Assembly (NCBI RefSeq): GCF_004010195.1
Contig: NC_057742.1
Span: 32,315,101-32,379,100, forward strand
Direction of reading: 5' to 3'
Source of the DNA: Chiloscyllium plagiosum
Lineage: Eukaryota
Length of the DNA: 64,000 nt
Under the pieces are notes generated by a model, which was given only the letters and a program-made list of their open reading frames with translations, did no database searches and was not told the DNA's origin. Below, piece after piece: positions 1 through 12,570 of this stretch (positions are counted from its first letter, which is position 1; every line of letters begins with the position of its first letter). Made by a program: the position numbers and the translations under genes.

Positions 1-416
1 ACCCTTGAGTTTATAAGACTGAGAGGGGATCTGATTGAGACATATAAGATTATTAAAGGATTGGACACTCTGGAGGCAGGAAACATGTTTCCGCTGATGG
101 GTGAGTGCCGAACCAGAGGACACAGCTTAAAAATACGGGGTAGACCATTTAGGACAGAGATGAGGAGAAACTTCTTCACCCAGAGAGTGGTGGCTGTGTG
201 GAATGCTCTGCCCCAGAGGGCAGTGGAGGCTCAGTCTCTGGATTTATTTAAGAAAGAGTTGGATAGAGCTCTCAAAGATAGTGGAATCAAGGGTTATGGA
301 GATAAGGCACGAACAGGATACTGATTAGGAATGATCAGCCATGATCATACTGAATGGCGGTGCAGGCTCGAAGGGCTGAATGGCGTACTCCTGCACCTAT
401 TGTCTATTGTCTATTA
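1..416 (+). mobile_element. CR1 LINE 3' end
   Basis: ORF2 C-terminus RTRGHSLKIRGRPFRTEMRRNFFTQRVVAVWNALP, followed by a 3' UTR ending in (CTATTGT)n. Confidence 0.9.
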
Positions 417-417
417 T

Positions 418-3400
418 GCAGAAAAAATACATCACCAGGGCACACCACCCAGGATGAGGCTCAACTTAAAGGTATCGCTGCAAGGTCTGAAGGCAGAAAG
501 TCGCCACCTGGGTGCGAAAGCACAACAGCGACTGACTGTCCTGCTCAATAAGGAGACTCAGGATCTGCACAGCGACCCAGTGCGTCCTTTTGTCCCAGAA
601 GAAGTGAACCAACGTTCTCTGGATGTCAACGACAAAACCAGGAGGAGGAACCAAAGCTGGTTTATGACCAACACTCGACTCCTGTAAGACAGCACTCTGA
701 GCAGTCCTGTCCAGCGGCCTAGGTGAGATCTTGGCCTCCAGCTCCTGCCAGTTTGCCGGCCAGGATTCCTCAGCTAGGCTGAGGTAGACCCCCAGGTAGG
801 AGAGATGGGTGGTACTCCAGCTGAACCCCCATAACTTCTCCAGTAGAGAGTTCACCTGCCATGGACCGACCAGTAGTCTGGAACATTTGGCTCAGTTGAT
901 CCTGGCGAAAGATGCCGCTGAGTACACCGCCTGACACTCGCACATCCTCCCCAGGTCAGCCAGGTCGGAGAAAGTGAGGAGCATGTCGCCGGCGTAAGCC
1001 AAGAGGACCAACCCGGTGCCTGAGTTGTGCAGCCCTGACAACCTCCTCCTCAAGAGGCACAGGAAAGGCTCCACACACAGGATATACAGCTGGCCAGACA
1101 GGAGGCAGCCTTGACATACTCCTCTCCCAAAGCAAAGGGGCGTGGTCAGGGACTCGTTGACTTTAACCAAACACTCTGCGGCGGTGTCAGACCCGGGCGA
1201 CAAACTGCATCCTGAACCTGAATGCCCGCAGAGTCCCAAGCAGATACTCGTGATCGACCCTGTCAAACGCCTTCTCCTGGACAAGAGACAGGAAGACGCT
1301 TGACAAACTAGCCCATCGACAGAAATGGAACAGGTCCTGGACCAGATGGACATTGTCGTGTATTCTCCGGCCAGGGACCACGTAGGACTGGTCCGGGAGA
1401 ATCACGTCAGCCAGCACGGAAGCCAGGCAAGAAGACAACACCCTGGTGAAATTTTGTAATCCATGCACAGCAGGGAGACCGGACATCAGTCCTTTAAAGA
1501 ACGAAGGTCTCCACTCTTCAGCAGCAGGACGATGACCGCCTTGCGCCAAGAAAGGGACAGCTCTCTGGCATTTAAACACTCCCCCAGGACTTGTGCGTAG
1601 TTGCTCCCGAGGAGATCCCAGAATGCCCTGAAGAACTCCACAGTCAACCTGTCCAGCCCCGGGGACTTGCCCCTTGTGAACCGGTCCAGTGTGCTGGCCA
1701 GCTGCTCTAAACTGACGGGAGTGTCGAGCCTTCTGGCTTCTGCCAGGCTGAGCTGCAGCTGGTCCTCCCACAGAACTCTGCGAGCATCCTCGGTGGATGG
1801 ATCCAGGGAGAACAGAGCTGTGTAATAGGAGTGAATTTGGGCCCTGATACCCTCTGGATCAGAGACGAGGGACCAGTCATCGGCCAGCAGCACAAGGAAC
1901 TGCTGACGGGTGCTGCACCTTTTTCCCAGCAAGTAGTAGAAGGGGGAGCAGTGGTCCGGGTCCTGGAGGAGCTGGATCCATGACCTCATGTATGCGCCTC
2001 GCGACCCAGTGAGCTGCAGGTTTCAGAACGCGGCTTTCTTTGCTTCGTACACCCCGCGCAGGGCTGGGTCCACATCAGGCTGACCGAGATATGACCCCAG
2101 ATCGAACACTTCCTTCTCCACCTCTTTGTCAGCCCTTTCGCGTACCACCGACAGAAAACACGGACGTGAGCCTTGCCTACGTCCCACCAGAGCCTCAGGG
2201 AGGGGAGGCTTCCCCGCTTCCTTCTCCAACCGGCCCAGAACCAATGAAATGAGTCCCAGAACCGCTCGTCCTCCAGCAGCCAGTTGTTAAAGTGCCAGTA
2301 TGTGGACCCGAGCCGGGCGCCAACCGGAAGAAGTTCCGCCCACACCAGGTGATCGTCCGTGCACAGCACCTGCTGCATGGAAGCTGCCGGAAAGCAGGAG
2401 GAGTATGCCCGCGAAATGTACAGGTGGTCAATTCTGGACGCATGACTCCAGGCCTCACAAAGGTGAAGGTGATAGAGTCAGGATGGAGATTCCGCCAGAC
2501 GTCCACCAGGTCGAAGGACTTGACCAAATCCCCCAATCTCCTCCAAGACGCTCAACCAAACCGGGCACTACCGTGGTCCCTGTCCTCGAGGACGCAGTTA
2601 AAGTTTCCCGAGGTCACTGCACTGGCCTCCGTCAATGGAGGCGAGAGGAGCGGCCACTGCTCTGTAGAAGCGCATTTGCTTTGGTCCAACTATGGGAGCA
2701 TAGACAGGTGAAGCAAACAGCCTGGCACAGGTTCCCTGACCCCCAAGATCTCCGGCTGAAAATATGGGGCCAATAGGCTAGCCACCCCACCAGATCTGAG
2801 GGTGAGGGGACTCATGTGGACCTCCCCCACCGCCCCCCACCTTGCCACTCCAGGAGCCAGGTGGCTTCTTCTCCCAGGGGGGTGTAGGTTTCTTGCAGGA
2901 AGCACACCAACATACTTCCCGTCCCGAAGGAATGAGAAGGTCTGGAATCTGTGCTGTGACTCTCTGCTGTCATTGATGTTGAGGCTGGCTATAGTGGTCT
3001 TCATGTCAGCAGGATTCTGGATCAGAGTGGTGCTGGAAAAGCACAGCAGTTCAGGCAGCTTCAGAGGAGCAGGAAAATCGATGTTTCATTGTTTTTACCT
3101 TGTCAGCAGTATTGTGCAACCACCACCAGTACAATTTAAACTATATACATTTACTGGGAGAATGAGGGAGGGGCACAAAAGTCCCTCGCCCTCACCAGGA
3201 GTGCACCCAGAAGTTTCTGACACGTTTTCGCTCATTTGCATCCAGCCCAGGTGGTAAGCAGGCTGGGCCAACCGATAAACCAGGTCAAAGGAGCTCCAGC
3301 AGTCGAGTGCCAATTGGCTCTAGCCCGGCGATTGCGAATTTCCTCAACAAATTCCTGGAGTTCCTCAACGGGGATGGGGTGGGGTGGCGGGGGAGGGGGG

Positions 3401-4780
3401 TTAAGCTCAGTGGGGGCACCTGGGATTCAAAAACTTTGTTGAAGACGGACTCTGCATCATCCCCAGTGTTCACCACTGTGCCCGAACCCTCCTCTGGGAA
3501 ATCACCCTTGGCTACTGGCCCCTCCCCCACTGAGAGAGTGGGGGTTGGTTCAGCACTGCCAGCTGGCCTCAAGCCACCAGCAACCACACCCCCAGGGTCA
3601 CCGGCGGTAACCTCCTCAGTGCACCCCTTCTTGGACTTCCAAGGTCGGGTCATCGGGCAGCGGAGGCTCGGGGCCCAACACTTCACCCGACATCGGGATG
3701 CCCGGCTCCTCAGGAAAAGGCGCTCCCCCAGGGCCAAGGCTCCCAGAAAAACACTGTCAGGGAGGGAGGAGTGAGGATAACACCATCCTCCCCTCTGCCA
3801 TTTGATGACCCAGCAATGTTTAAAATACTACGGCCACATTAGTTTCTATTTCTCCCAGGGGGCTGGTGGAATGGCAGCAGAGAAGGACCTGCTGCTGCCC
3901 CCAGAGGTTCAGGCAGGTTAGGCCACGGTGCAAGACAGGCAGGAGATGCCGCAGGCTCATCCCCTGGGGAGAGGCATGCTGGTGTCACTATCCCCGGGAA
4001 GTCCCTCCTCTCCAGGGGCAGCACCTCTTCCCCAGGGGGAGCAGGGGTACTTTATGGGCACTCCCTTCCCCACCCACCTTGGTGGTCTTGGGACCTGAGG
4101 CTCCTCCCCCCCAGCCTCTCCAGTAACACTGTTGGCTGGGGAAAGCAGGGAAAATAGCAAGGGCAGAGAGAGCCAGTTGTGGCACTTTCTGTCCTGCCCT
4201 GGGGATGTCAGGTGGTGGGGGGAGGTGGCGGGGCCCCGGCCCTACTTCCTGCTCAGAGAGATAGCAGCAGAGTCCAAGGTCAGAGTCTGTTTCTGGCTGG
4301 GTGGGGCAGGGCTCGAGAACCTCAGGGCCAGGTGTTGTAAGGTGGACCTCAGGGACAGGTTCCCCAGGGGTTGTTGCAGTGGGGCAGGTTCCAGTCATGG
4401 GGTCAGGGGGCATACATTCCCCAGAGATCGATGCCATGAGGTGGACGTCAGTGACTGGGTCGGGGTACAGACATTCCAGGGTGGGTTTACAGGCACAGAA
4501 TTGGGGGCATAGGGGTCAGGGTTCCCATCCCAGGAACAGAGTCCACTCCAGTGTACAAAGTGCATTGTCAGAGATGGAATCCACTCCAAACTGCAGAGTC
4601 CGATGCTAAAAACAGAGTCCCCAACAGAGGGCAGAGTTTACTCCTGAAGGCAGCAAATACACACTCCACAGCACACAGGTGTTCAGTCTCCATGGAGTCC
4701 TAGCCCATCCTTGGAGAACCAGGCCCACTCACAGGAACACAGTATATTGTAAAGGTGCAGTTAACTCATGGGGGTTTGGT
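418..4780 (-). mobile_element. Tx1/L1-clade LINE, decayed (ORF1 remnants, APE endonuclease, RT)
   Basis: MKTTIASLNIN at 3004 (EN start), LVDVWRNLHP, DH-W-FNN-LL, GKSPGLD, EKAFDRVDHEYL, GVCQGCLLSGQLY and LAYAGD; many frameshifts. The 5' boundary is approximate. Confidence 0.85.
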
Positions 4781-5649
4781 CCACTCCCAGAGGCAGGGTC
4801 TACTGCCAAACTCCAGGATGCAGCAAGTGCTCACCTCCCAGCACACATACATAGGTGTACAGTCATTGCAGAGATCGAGTTCTAGGGTCAGGCCTACCAC
4901 AAGGAACAGCTCATCTGGTAAGATATGTTTTCTCACAAGGGCTCAGTCCAAACACCAAAAACACAGTAAAGACATACAAAAAAACAAAGAAGACTAGAGC
5001 CCAAGGGCTAGGCCCTGCCACAAAATCAGCATTGTCCTTTTCTCAAAGTAAAAGAGAAAAGAGTAACACACAGGCTGTAACCAGCCAGGGAAACAACATC
5101 CCCTAATGAGAACTGAGTTACACCTGAAACACATTGATTGTGTGGATCAGGCAGTTTAGAAATCAGTCCTCACTTAAAAAAAGGAATACCAGTTTACAAA
5201 CTGGCTAAATAATTCAGCCTGTTCAGGAATCAGGTTTCTGCCAAAAAAGAAGCAGAAACCACCAACAACAGTAACACAATGATTGTAGCACCAGCCAGCA
5301 CAGAGTCAATGCTCTAAACTGAGGTGACTCTAAATCTCCTGGTTATATTTTTGTTTCTTTTATTCTACACATTCTACTATTAACTTGCACATACTCCCAA
5401 CTCCCTTTTGAAAATCTCATTGGCAAGCCAAGATAATATTCAGGCAAATGTGCTTGAACGCAGGAAGACTGCTAGGTACTAAGATATGCATATAAGCACC
5501 TCAAATTGATCATGGTGCAATTTACTCCTGCTTCCAGTACTTTAGATTACTGAGCAACCTGTAATTGCCTTCTATATTTTTTTTCCTGACTGTGGCCCAG
5601 CCAGCACAGAGTCAGTCCCCTAAACTGAGGATATTCTAAATCCCCAGTT

Positions 5650-7560
5650 TATTTTATTTCTCTTTTTTTATCCCCCACACTACCACCCAACTGCGGTAGT
5701 GCTTATATTTTCCCCCGCACCCATGTTGTGTGTGTGCAGGTGTGAGACACAGCGAAAGACAACAGATGTACAAATCTTTATTCAATTTCCACCACTAGGA
5801 AGAAAGGAAACACCCGAGTGGCCAGTGACAAGCAGTGCCCTTTTCAGAGGGCAATGCTGCGTGATCAAATAGTGAGGGAGAGGGCAGGAATCAAATCAAA
5901 ATAGAGTTGGAGGGGAACATAATAATAGACTCCATTCCCTGCGGTGCTCACCTTTCCCTGAAAATCTCGAGGGTGTTAGTGGACACCGCGTGCTCCTTCT
6001 CCAGGGGCACCCGGGCTCTGACATACCCACGGAAGAGGGACAGACAATCGGCCATAACAACCCCTCCATGGCCCGCTGCCTGTTTATGGCCAGTTTGGCT
6101 AGGCCCAGGAACAAACCCACCAGGAGGTCTTCTGACTTACCCTCACCCCCTCCACACCAGGTGCCCAAAGATCAGGAGCATGGGACTGAAGCGCATCCAA
6201 AAACAGAGAAGGTTTTTAAGGAAATCCAAAAATGGAATGCAAGCGCCCACTCCCAATATATACATGGTTGATGGACTCCACAGAACAAGCAGTTTGGCTG
6301 CCGGTGTTGGCTAGATAACCTTCTGGGTGGGGCAGTTCTTCCTTATGTGCTCCACCTCACGGCACAGGTGACATCGTACGCTGTCCGCCATCTAGAAGAC
6401 ACGGTAGGCCATGCCTTCAAGGAGGAGGGTAAATGAACCCTCGGTTACTTCCTCCCAGGCCAGGCAAATAAACACCTGGTGCCAGAAGGAGTAAATGTGT
6501 TTGACGGCAGGGTCCTTCAGACAGAGCAGGAGCGGTTGCACACCTGATTGGATTTCCTCTAGAGTTTGGAGATGGGGGAGAAGGAGCTCACTGGCAATGA
6601 AGGGTGGGACATTGGAGATCACGACCCTCTGGGCCGTGACCTCCAATGGGACCATGGGTGGGAATGTCCCGACCTCAGTGAGTCCCTTCTGTATGGCCAC
6701 CTGAACCGCCTGTTTGGTCTTTAGGAAAAATACGGCCTTCCCATACATCTGGGCTGCAGGGACGATCGCCAGTGGGCCGACCATACTAGCCATGGCCTCG
6801 ATGGTCATGGCAGATTGGGAATAGGGCATTGCCTTCCAATCATTTAGTGAGGTGCCTGAAGGTGGTCGGGGTTGCAGCCAGGGCTGAAGCATCCGAGCCT
6901 AGGGCAGTGGCTACCCTGGCATAGATATGGTTGGGGCCGGCAGTCATGGTGCCCACCATGCTATGCTTATGGATGTTCTTCCAGATGGCCCAGGCAACAG
7001 CAGCAACAGTCTGTGGTGTTGTCGGGCCCCAAGCAGCAGCAGCAGTGGAGGCAGGCCCTGGGCAACAGCAATAGTCTCAAGTCCAGAGGTGGGGCCCCAG
7101 GCAGCAGCAGCGGAATTTTAAGTCTGGGGAAGGAGCCCAAGGTAGGTCCCAGGCAACAGCACCTTTTGTCCAGGGGGCCCTAGGCGAGTCCCAGGCAGCA
7201 GCGATGCAGGCAGGCCCCAGGCAGCAGTGGTGCTCTTAGGTCCCTGGGGGAGGGGGATCCCAGAGTAAGTCCCAGGCAGAAGCAGCAAAGGTATGCCCCA
7301 AACAGCAGCAGTCTTAGGTCCATGGAGGGGGTGGTGGGGGGGGCAAGGCAAGTCCCAGGTAGCAGCAGAGGTGCAGGCAAGACCCAGGCTTCAGTGGCAG
7401 GAGCAGACCCAGAGTGAAGCAGCTGCACAGGCAGGTGGTGGCTGCCTGTGCAGCTGAATACAGCTCAAAAATAAAGAAAAACAAACAAAAAAGAAACGAG
7501 TATCTGCCCTCAACAAAAAAAAGGGGTGGGGGAAGACAAAGAAACTCTTCTCCTCCTCAG
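5650..7560 (-). mobile_element. Second Tx1-like LINE, internally deleted (ORF1 joined to ORF2 3' end)
   Basis: ORF1 6392-6892 (MYGKAVFFLKT, RVVISNVPPFI) followed by a CCHC knuckle (CHLCREVEHIRKNC, about 6332-6373). ORF2 tail DLLVGLFLGLAKLAI lies near 5900-6170. Confidence 0.75.
7000..7460. repeat. Degenerate tandem repeat (CCCAGGCAGCAGCAG-like units) in the Tx1 5' region
   Basis: About ten imperfect copies at 30-45 nt spacing. Confidence 0.6.
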
Positions 7561-10500
7561 TACCAGCCAACACAGACTCAGTTTTCTAAACTGAGGAGAA
7601 TCTAAATCTCCTGGTTATTATCAGTCAACCAGGGCTTTCCTGATTGTCCCAAGTTAACAACCCCAATCAAGAAACTCATAGTTAAAGAGGTCAGTCTGGT
7701 CCCAATCACTACAAAGTTGGAATTGCTGTCTCTTTCTATGTTGTCTTCGAATTTGAAGTAAGACTGCAAGGACTGCAGTCACATTGGTGTCCACGTCAGA
7801 TATGCGAACAGATGATCTGTGGGAAAGGTCAGAAAGATAACGCAATTTTACTGAAGAAATTCCTGAACCCTCACAACCATCACAATGAATCCTCGCGTTC
7901 TGCCCTCACATTATGTGACAAGCTGGTCAATATCCTTCCTTCATAAGGAGCTCTGAGAGATGTGACGCTATCCTCCTCCTTTGCATTAGCAAAGTTTCAC
8001 ATACTGAACACAGTCCACCCCATGGACTGATGGCTCCACAATTGTCACCCTTGACTTCACTAAGGATTGCTCCCTTTTGATTATCAGACATGGCCATTTG
8101 CTTGAAGCAATATGATTGCAGCATAAGCTGCTGACCTGTCCTATAGGTGTTGATGTAGCCCAATGCCATGTAGCAACATGTCCACTTATTTGACTGAGCA
8201 GTGTTCCTCACCATTACAAGTTTTGTGCCCCTCGCATTTCACTAAAAACAATGTGAGCCAGAGAGGTTGTAACTGAGAATAAAGATCCTTTATGCCAATA
8301 AATCAATGAGGGCTGACTGGAAGGGTGTGTTGGTCTGAGAGCCGGCATGATGATGTGGTGAGGCTCTTGATTTGCTGTTGCTGATCTACCATGGATGAAA
8401 GGTTGAGGAGTCTGGTAGCCATGGAGTATGAGGAGAGAATGTAGTGAGGACAGAATTGAATTATGGCTAGAGCAAGCAATCAGTGACCTGCAACCACCAG
8501 TATCCATTCTGACATGCATATCACAAATTTGTTTGATTTCTTGAGGTAGGAGAAGAGAGTTGAGGTGGGCTATTAACGATATTGAAATAAAGTAGTCACC
8601 ATTCAATGGTAAGATTCTAAAGTCACCAATTAAAGTTGAAGGGGAAATTTGGAAAAAAAGTTCTGACATTTTCATTTTGCTGTATTTTCCCAACTTTCTT
8701 GATATTGCCCACATCACAAAGGAAAAATTCCACTCTATTTTTCAATCCTTTGTTGTTGCCTGTACTGCTGAATATCTGTTTAATCTCACTGTAAGTCTAA
8801 AGGTTGATAGTAACACCTACATTAAATGCATAGAAATATATTATGCCCAGATATTGCAGGTATCCATTGGAGTCTGAGTACCATTTATCTCACTGTTCAA
8901 GTGTACAATTTTGTCAAAGTGAAATCTGTGGCAAATTTCTGCAGATTTTTATTATGAGTCATTGAATAGAAAATGAAACTGAATGCAGCATTTGATACCA
9001 TGCCAGGCCAAAACAAAGAGCATTTTTATGGGAAGGTTGAGAAGAACAGAATGTAATTTGACTGTCTGTTTTCATAGTATTCTCTGGGGAGGAGATCAAC
9101 CTCCTACATGCGTGCAACTGATCAGTATTTATACATTAATTATTCTGCATATTATGTATCACTGAGAAGAAGTTTCGCCTTGGTACTGATTCAAAAACCC
9201 AACATAACTGAGAAAGAAACTGGCGTGAGTTTTAGGTTTCTGCAGCTGATGTGAAATCAACTCCATAAGGGTAACCCCATCACACAATCTTCACCCTGAA
9301 GTGCAGCTGCATCCCTCAGGTTAATGATAAGATATGTTTCTTACTAGAACAAACAAGATGCTGAGGACAATTTTATTTCTTCAGCTGCTCTGTAGCCAAG
9401 AGTACACAGTATGCAGGCATTGAATCTAGGTTTGCTTCTTTAAAATGTCCGTTTGCAATAACTATATGCAGGTATTCAGCGATCTGATAGTATTAAGATA
9501 ATGATTAAAATAAAACACTGATGCAGGAGATGAACAAAAATCACCTTGAAATTAAGAACGTAATAAGTGAAACACACACTGGTAAACACACATATCTCAA
9601 AAAGATAGACTCCGAACTTACACTGAATGCTTTGTTCTTTTAATATTTATTTTACTCTGCAACAAGTCAGGTAAAACTTTCATTTTACAGGAAATATTTT
9701 AACTTCTTTAACTGGTGTGGTTTAAAGTTAGTGTTCCCAAACAAACAGGGTCATAAATGATTCTTTTCAATTAAAATAATTTGCAAAAGATTTAAAAGCA
9801 GCTTCTTGTAGAGATGTCATGCTTCAGTAAGCATAATTTTTAATTTGGAATATAAAATACATACACCTTATACGCATACTGAACTAAATAAATTGGGATT
9901 AAATATCATTAAATATACTTACAATAAATTAACACAAATAATTTTGCTTTTTGGTTAGAGTCACAGGTTACATGAATACAGTGTTTGCTGGGTCTAATTG
10001 GAACATGACTGCAGATAGCAATGTTACGGTAGATCCCAAGACTCTGCTCTTGGCATGGAGTCTCACTTGGCAGGAGCATAAATTGGCAAATTAGGAGGAT
10101 GTTGGTGTGCCTAATTTGCAATGTACTTTTTTGGCGGTCATTAATTTGAATTGTTTTCCCAAAAGGGACTTCTGTGGATCAAGTGCTTACTTATCCAAAA
10201 CTCCAATTCACTCTTTTGCCAGTGCCACAGTAGATTTTCCTTCTGCGTTAAGACCTTCAGAACACAGGGATAACTTTATTACTCCTTGGCCTTTGTGCAC
10301 AGCAGGGCATTGCCTGTTGTCAAAGCATGTCACAATTGAACATGTGTTTCCCACAATCTCTGAATCGTTAAAGATATCTGCTAAAATTCTGGACTTATGC
10401 TGCCAGTGGATGAAAATCAACAACAGGGCAGAAGTTTGCAAAACAAAACTTAATTCATTTCTTAATTCAAATTGATATTGCTATTATATCATTATTATTG

Positions 10501-10662
10501 ACTAACATCAGAATATATTGTTTTACAAGAGAAACAATCCTGTTGCAATCTTTGACAACATTTCCTTCATTAAATGCCAGCTTGGTGCAGCTTATCATTT
10601 CAATGGGTAGTGTGTCCTGTAAGAAAGTCCACTCTCTGCATTAGAATGAAGCTGACAGTCTT

Positions 10663-11295
10663 GAATCATAGAGATGTACAGCATGGAAACAGACCCTTCT
10701 GTTCAACTCGTCCATGCTGACCAATATCCCAACCCAATCTAGTCCCACCTGCCAGCACCCGGCCCATATCCCTCCAAACCCTTCCTATTCATATACCCAT
10801 CCAAATGCCTCTTAAATGTTGCAATTGTACCAGCCTCCACCACATCCTCTGGCTGCTCATTCCATACACGTACCACCCTCTGCATGAAAAAGTTGTCCCT
10901 TAGGTCTCTTTTATATCTTTCCCCTCTCACCTTAAACCTATGCCCTCTAGTTATGGACTCCCTGACCCCAGGGAAAAGACTTTGTCTATTTATCCTATCC
11001 ATGCCCCTCATAATTTTGTAAACTTCAGCCTCCGGCACTCCAGGGAAAACAGCCCAGTTCAGTCTCTCCCTGTAGCTCAAATCCTCCAATCTTGGCAACA
11101 TCCTTGTAAATCTTTTCTGAACCCTTTCAAGTTTCACAACATCTTTCCAATAGGAAGGAGACCAGAATTGCACGCAATATTCCAACAGTGGCCTAACCAA
11201 TGTCCTGTACAACCGCAACATGACCTCCCAACTCCTGTACTCAATACTCTGACCAATAAAGGAAAGCATACCAAACGCCATCTTCACTATCCTAC
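10663..11295 (-). mobile_element. CR1 LINE, 5'-truncated 3' fragment
   Basis: ORF 10739-11347 LYRTLVRPLLEYCVQFWSP...RVVRVWNE; closely similar to 18460-19125. Confidence 0.92.
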
Positions 11296-12570
11296 AAGAT
11301 TTTGGAGTTCCACTGATTAAACATAAAGTGAGTCTCAAAGTTGACATTGTTTGCAGCTGCGTCTAATATTTGTAACAATTGTAAGATTGGACAATATTTT
11401 TATCCATTTGGACAGCAAGGACACGAAGATTACACATAAGATGCAAGAGGCATTACAACCACTGACCTGCAACCCTTGATTTTCCATTTGTTTAAAAAAA
11501 AATGAATGGACAATTACAGATAGCACAGCCGTGGATTATCAATGTACATTTCTTCTCTTGGTGATTCTAAACGTCATGAAACATATCTCTTTCTAAGACA
11601 AATTAAATAATGGAAAAGGCTCAGCAGATCTGGCAACATCTGTGGAGGAAAACATCAAGTTAATGTAGGGGTATGGTAATAGCATGGTTTGTTATTGGAC
11701 TAGTGATCCAAAAGTCTATTTATTAGCCCAAATATGTAAGTTCAAAAAACACCTTAGAAGCTGTGGCATTTAAATTTAAATGAAGCTGCATTAGCAATGA
11801 TTACCATTGTCATAAAAACCCATCCAGTTCACTAAGCTGTTCTAATACAATCTGATTTTAACATGATTCTACAGGGAGATCTTGAGGTACAAGGGGAAGG
11901 ATCTATTCCTCATACATTGGGTCTTGCACAGGCTATATGCCATGGAAAGTGTCCTCCTCCCTTCAAGTGGCTACTAATCATCAGTTGTGATTCCAGACCA
12001 TACAGATGTGGTTGACTCTTACCTATTCATATGGCATAGCCTAGGAAGCCATTCAATTGCAATGAAGAAGGCAGTTCAACCATACTTTCTCATGGCCATA
12101 AGAATGGACAATAATTTCTAATTCTGCTAGCAATGTTCACATTCTGTGAAGGTAATGACCTTATATTGGAACTCTTGAACCTATTAATTCTATTTTTTTC
12201 TCTCTACAAATGCTACCTGAACATTTATTCACCAAAATGCCTAGTAGGTGACCATTAAGGTGCCTAATAAGCACAAGGCCTGGTGAGCTTTCTGGGAGAT
12301 GGGGGAATCCTGCATGTTTTGGCATTTGGCACCACACTTAGAAAACAGATTTTAAAAAAATTCGAGTCATTAAATCTGTTTCTCATCACAGATGCTGCCT
12401 GACTTCCTGAGTATTTCCAACATTTTCTATTGTTGTCTCTGCAGCAGTTTGTTTTTGCTTTTGGCATTTCAGATTAGTAAAATACCAGTAAAGAAGTGTT
12501 TTTAGTTCTAGTTGTCAAATTAATAATACTCGCTTTTTAAAAGAACATATCAACAGCAGGATTTTATGCA

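Noticed and set aside
7000-7460. Regularly spaced repeats superficially resembling a CRISPR array
   Set aside because: Eukaryotic context, degenerate units without unique spacers, located inside a Tx1 LINE.
7900-8250. Possible Harbinger transposase remnants (also about 38700-39260 and 58690-59500)
   Set aside because: Only faint motif resemblance by eye; too decayed to call without a profile search.
9909-10475. Short ORFs (9909-10121 and 10208-10441 on minus, 10107-10475 on plus) in non-repetitive-looking DNA, considered as a fifth IFN or neighbouring-gene exons
   Set aside because: No IFN motifs, no coherent splice chain and no recognisable domain; cannot be supported without a search.
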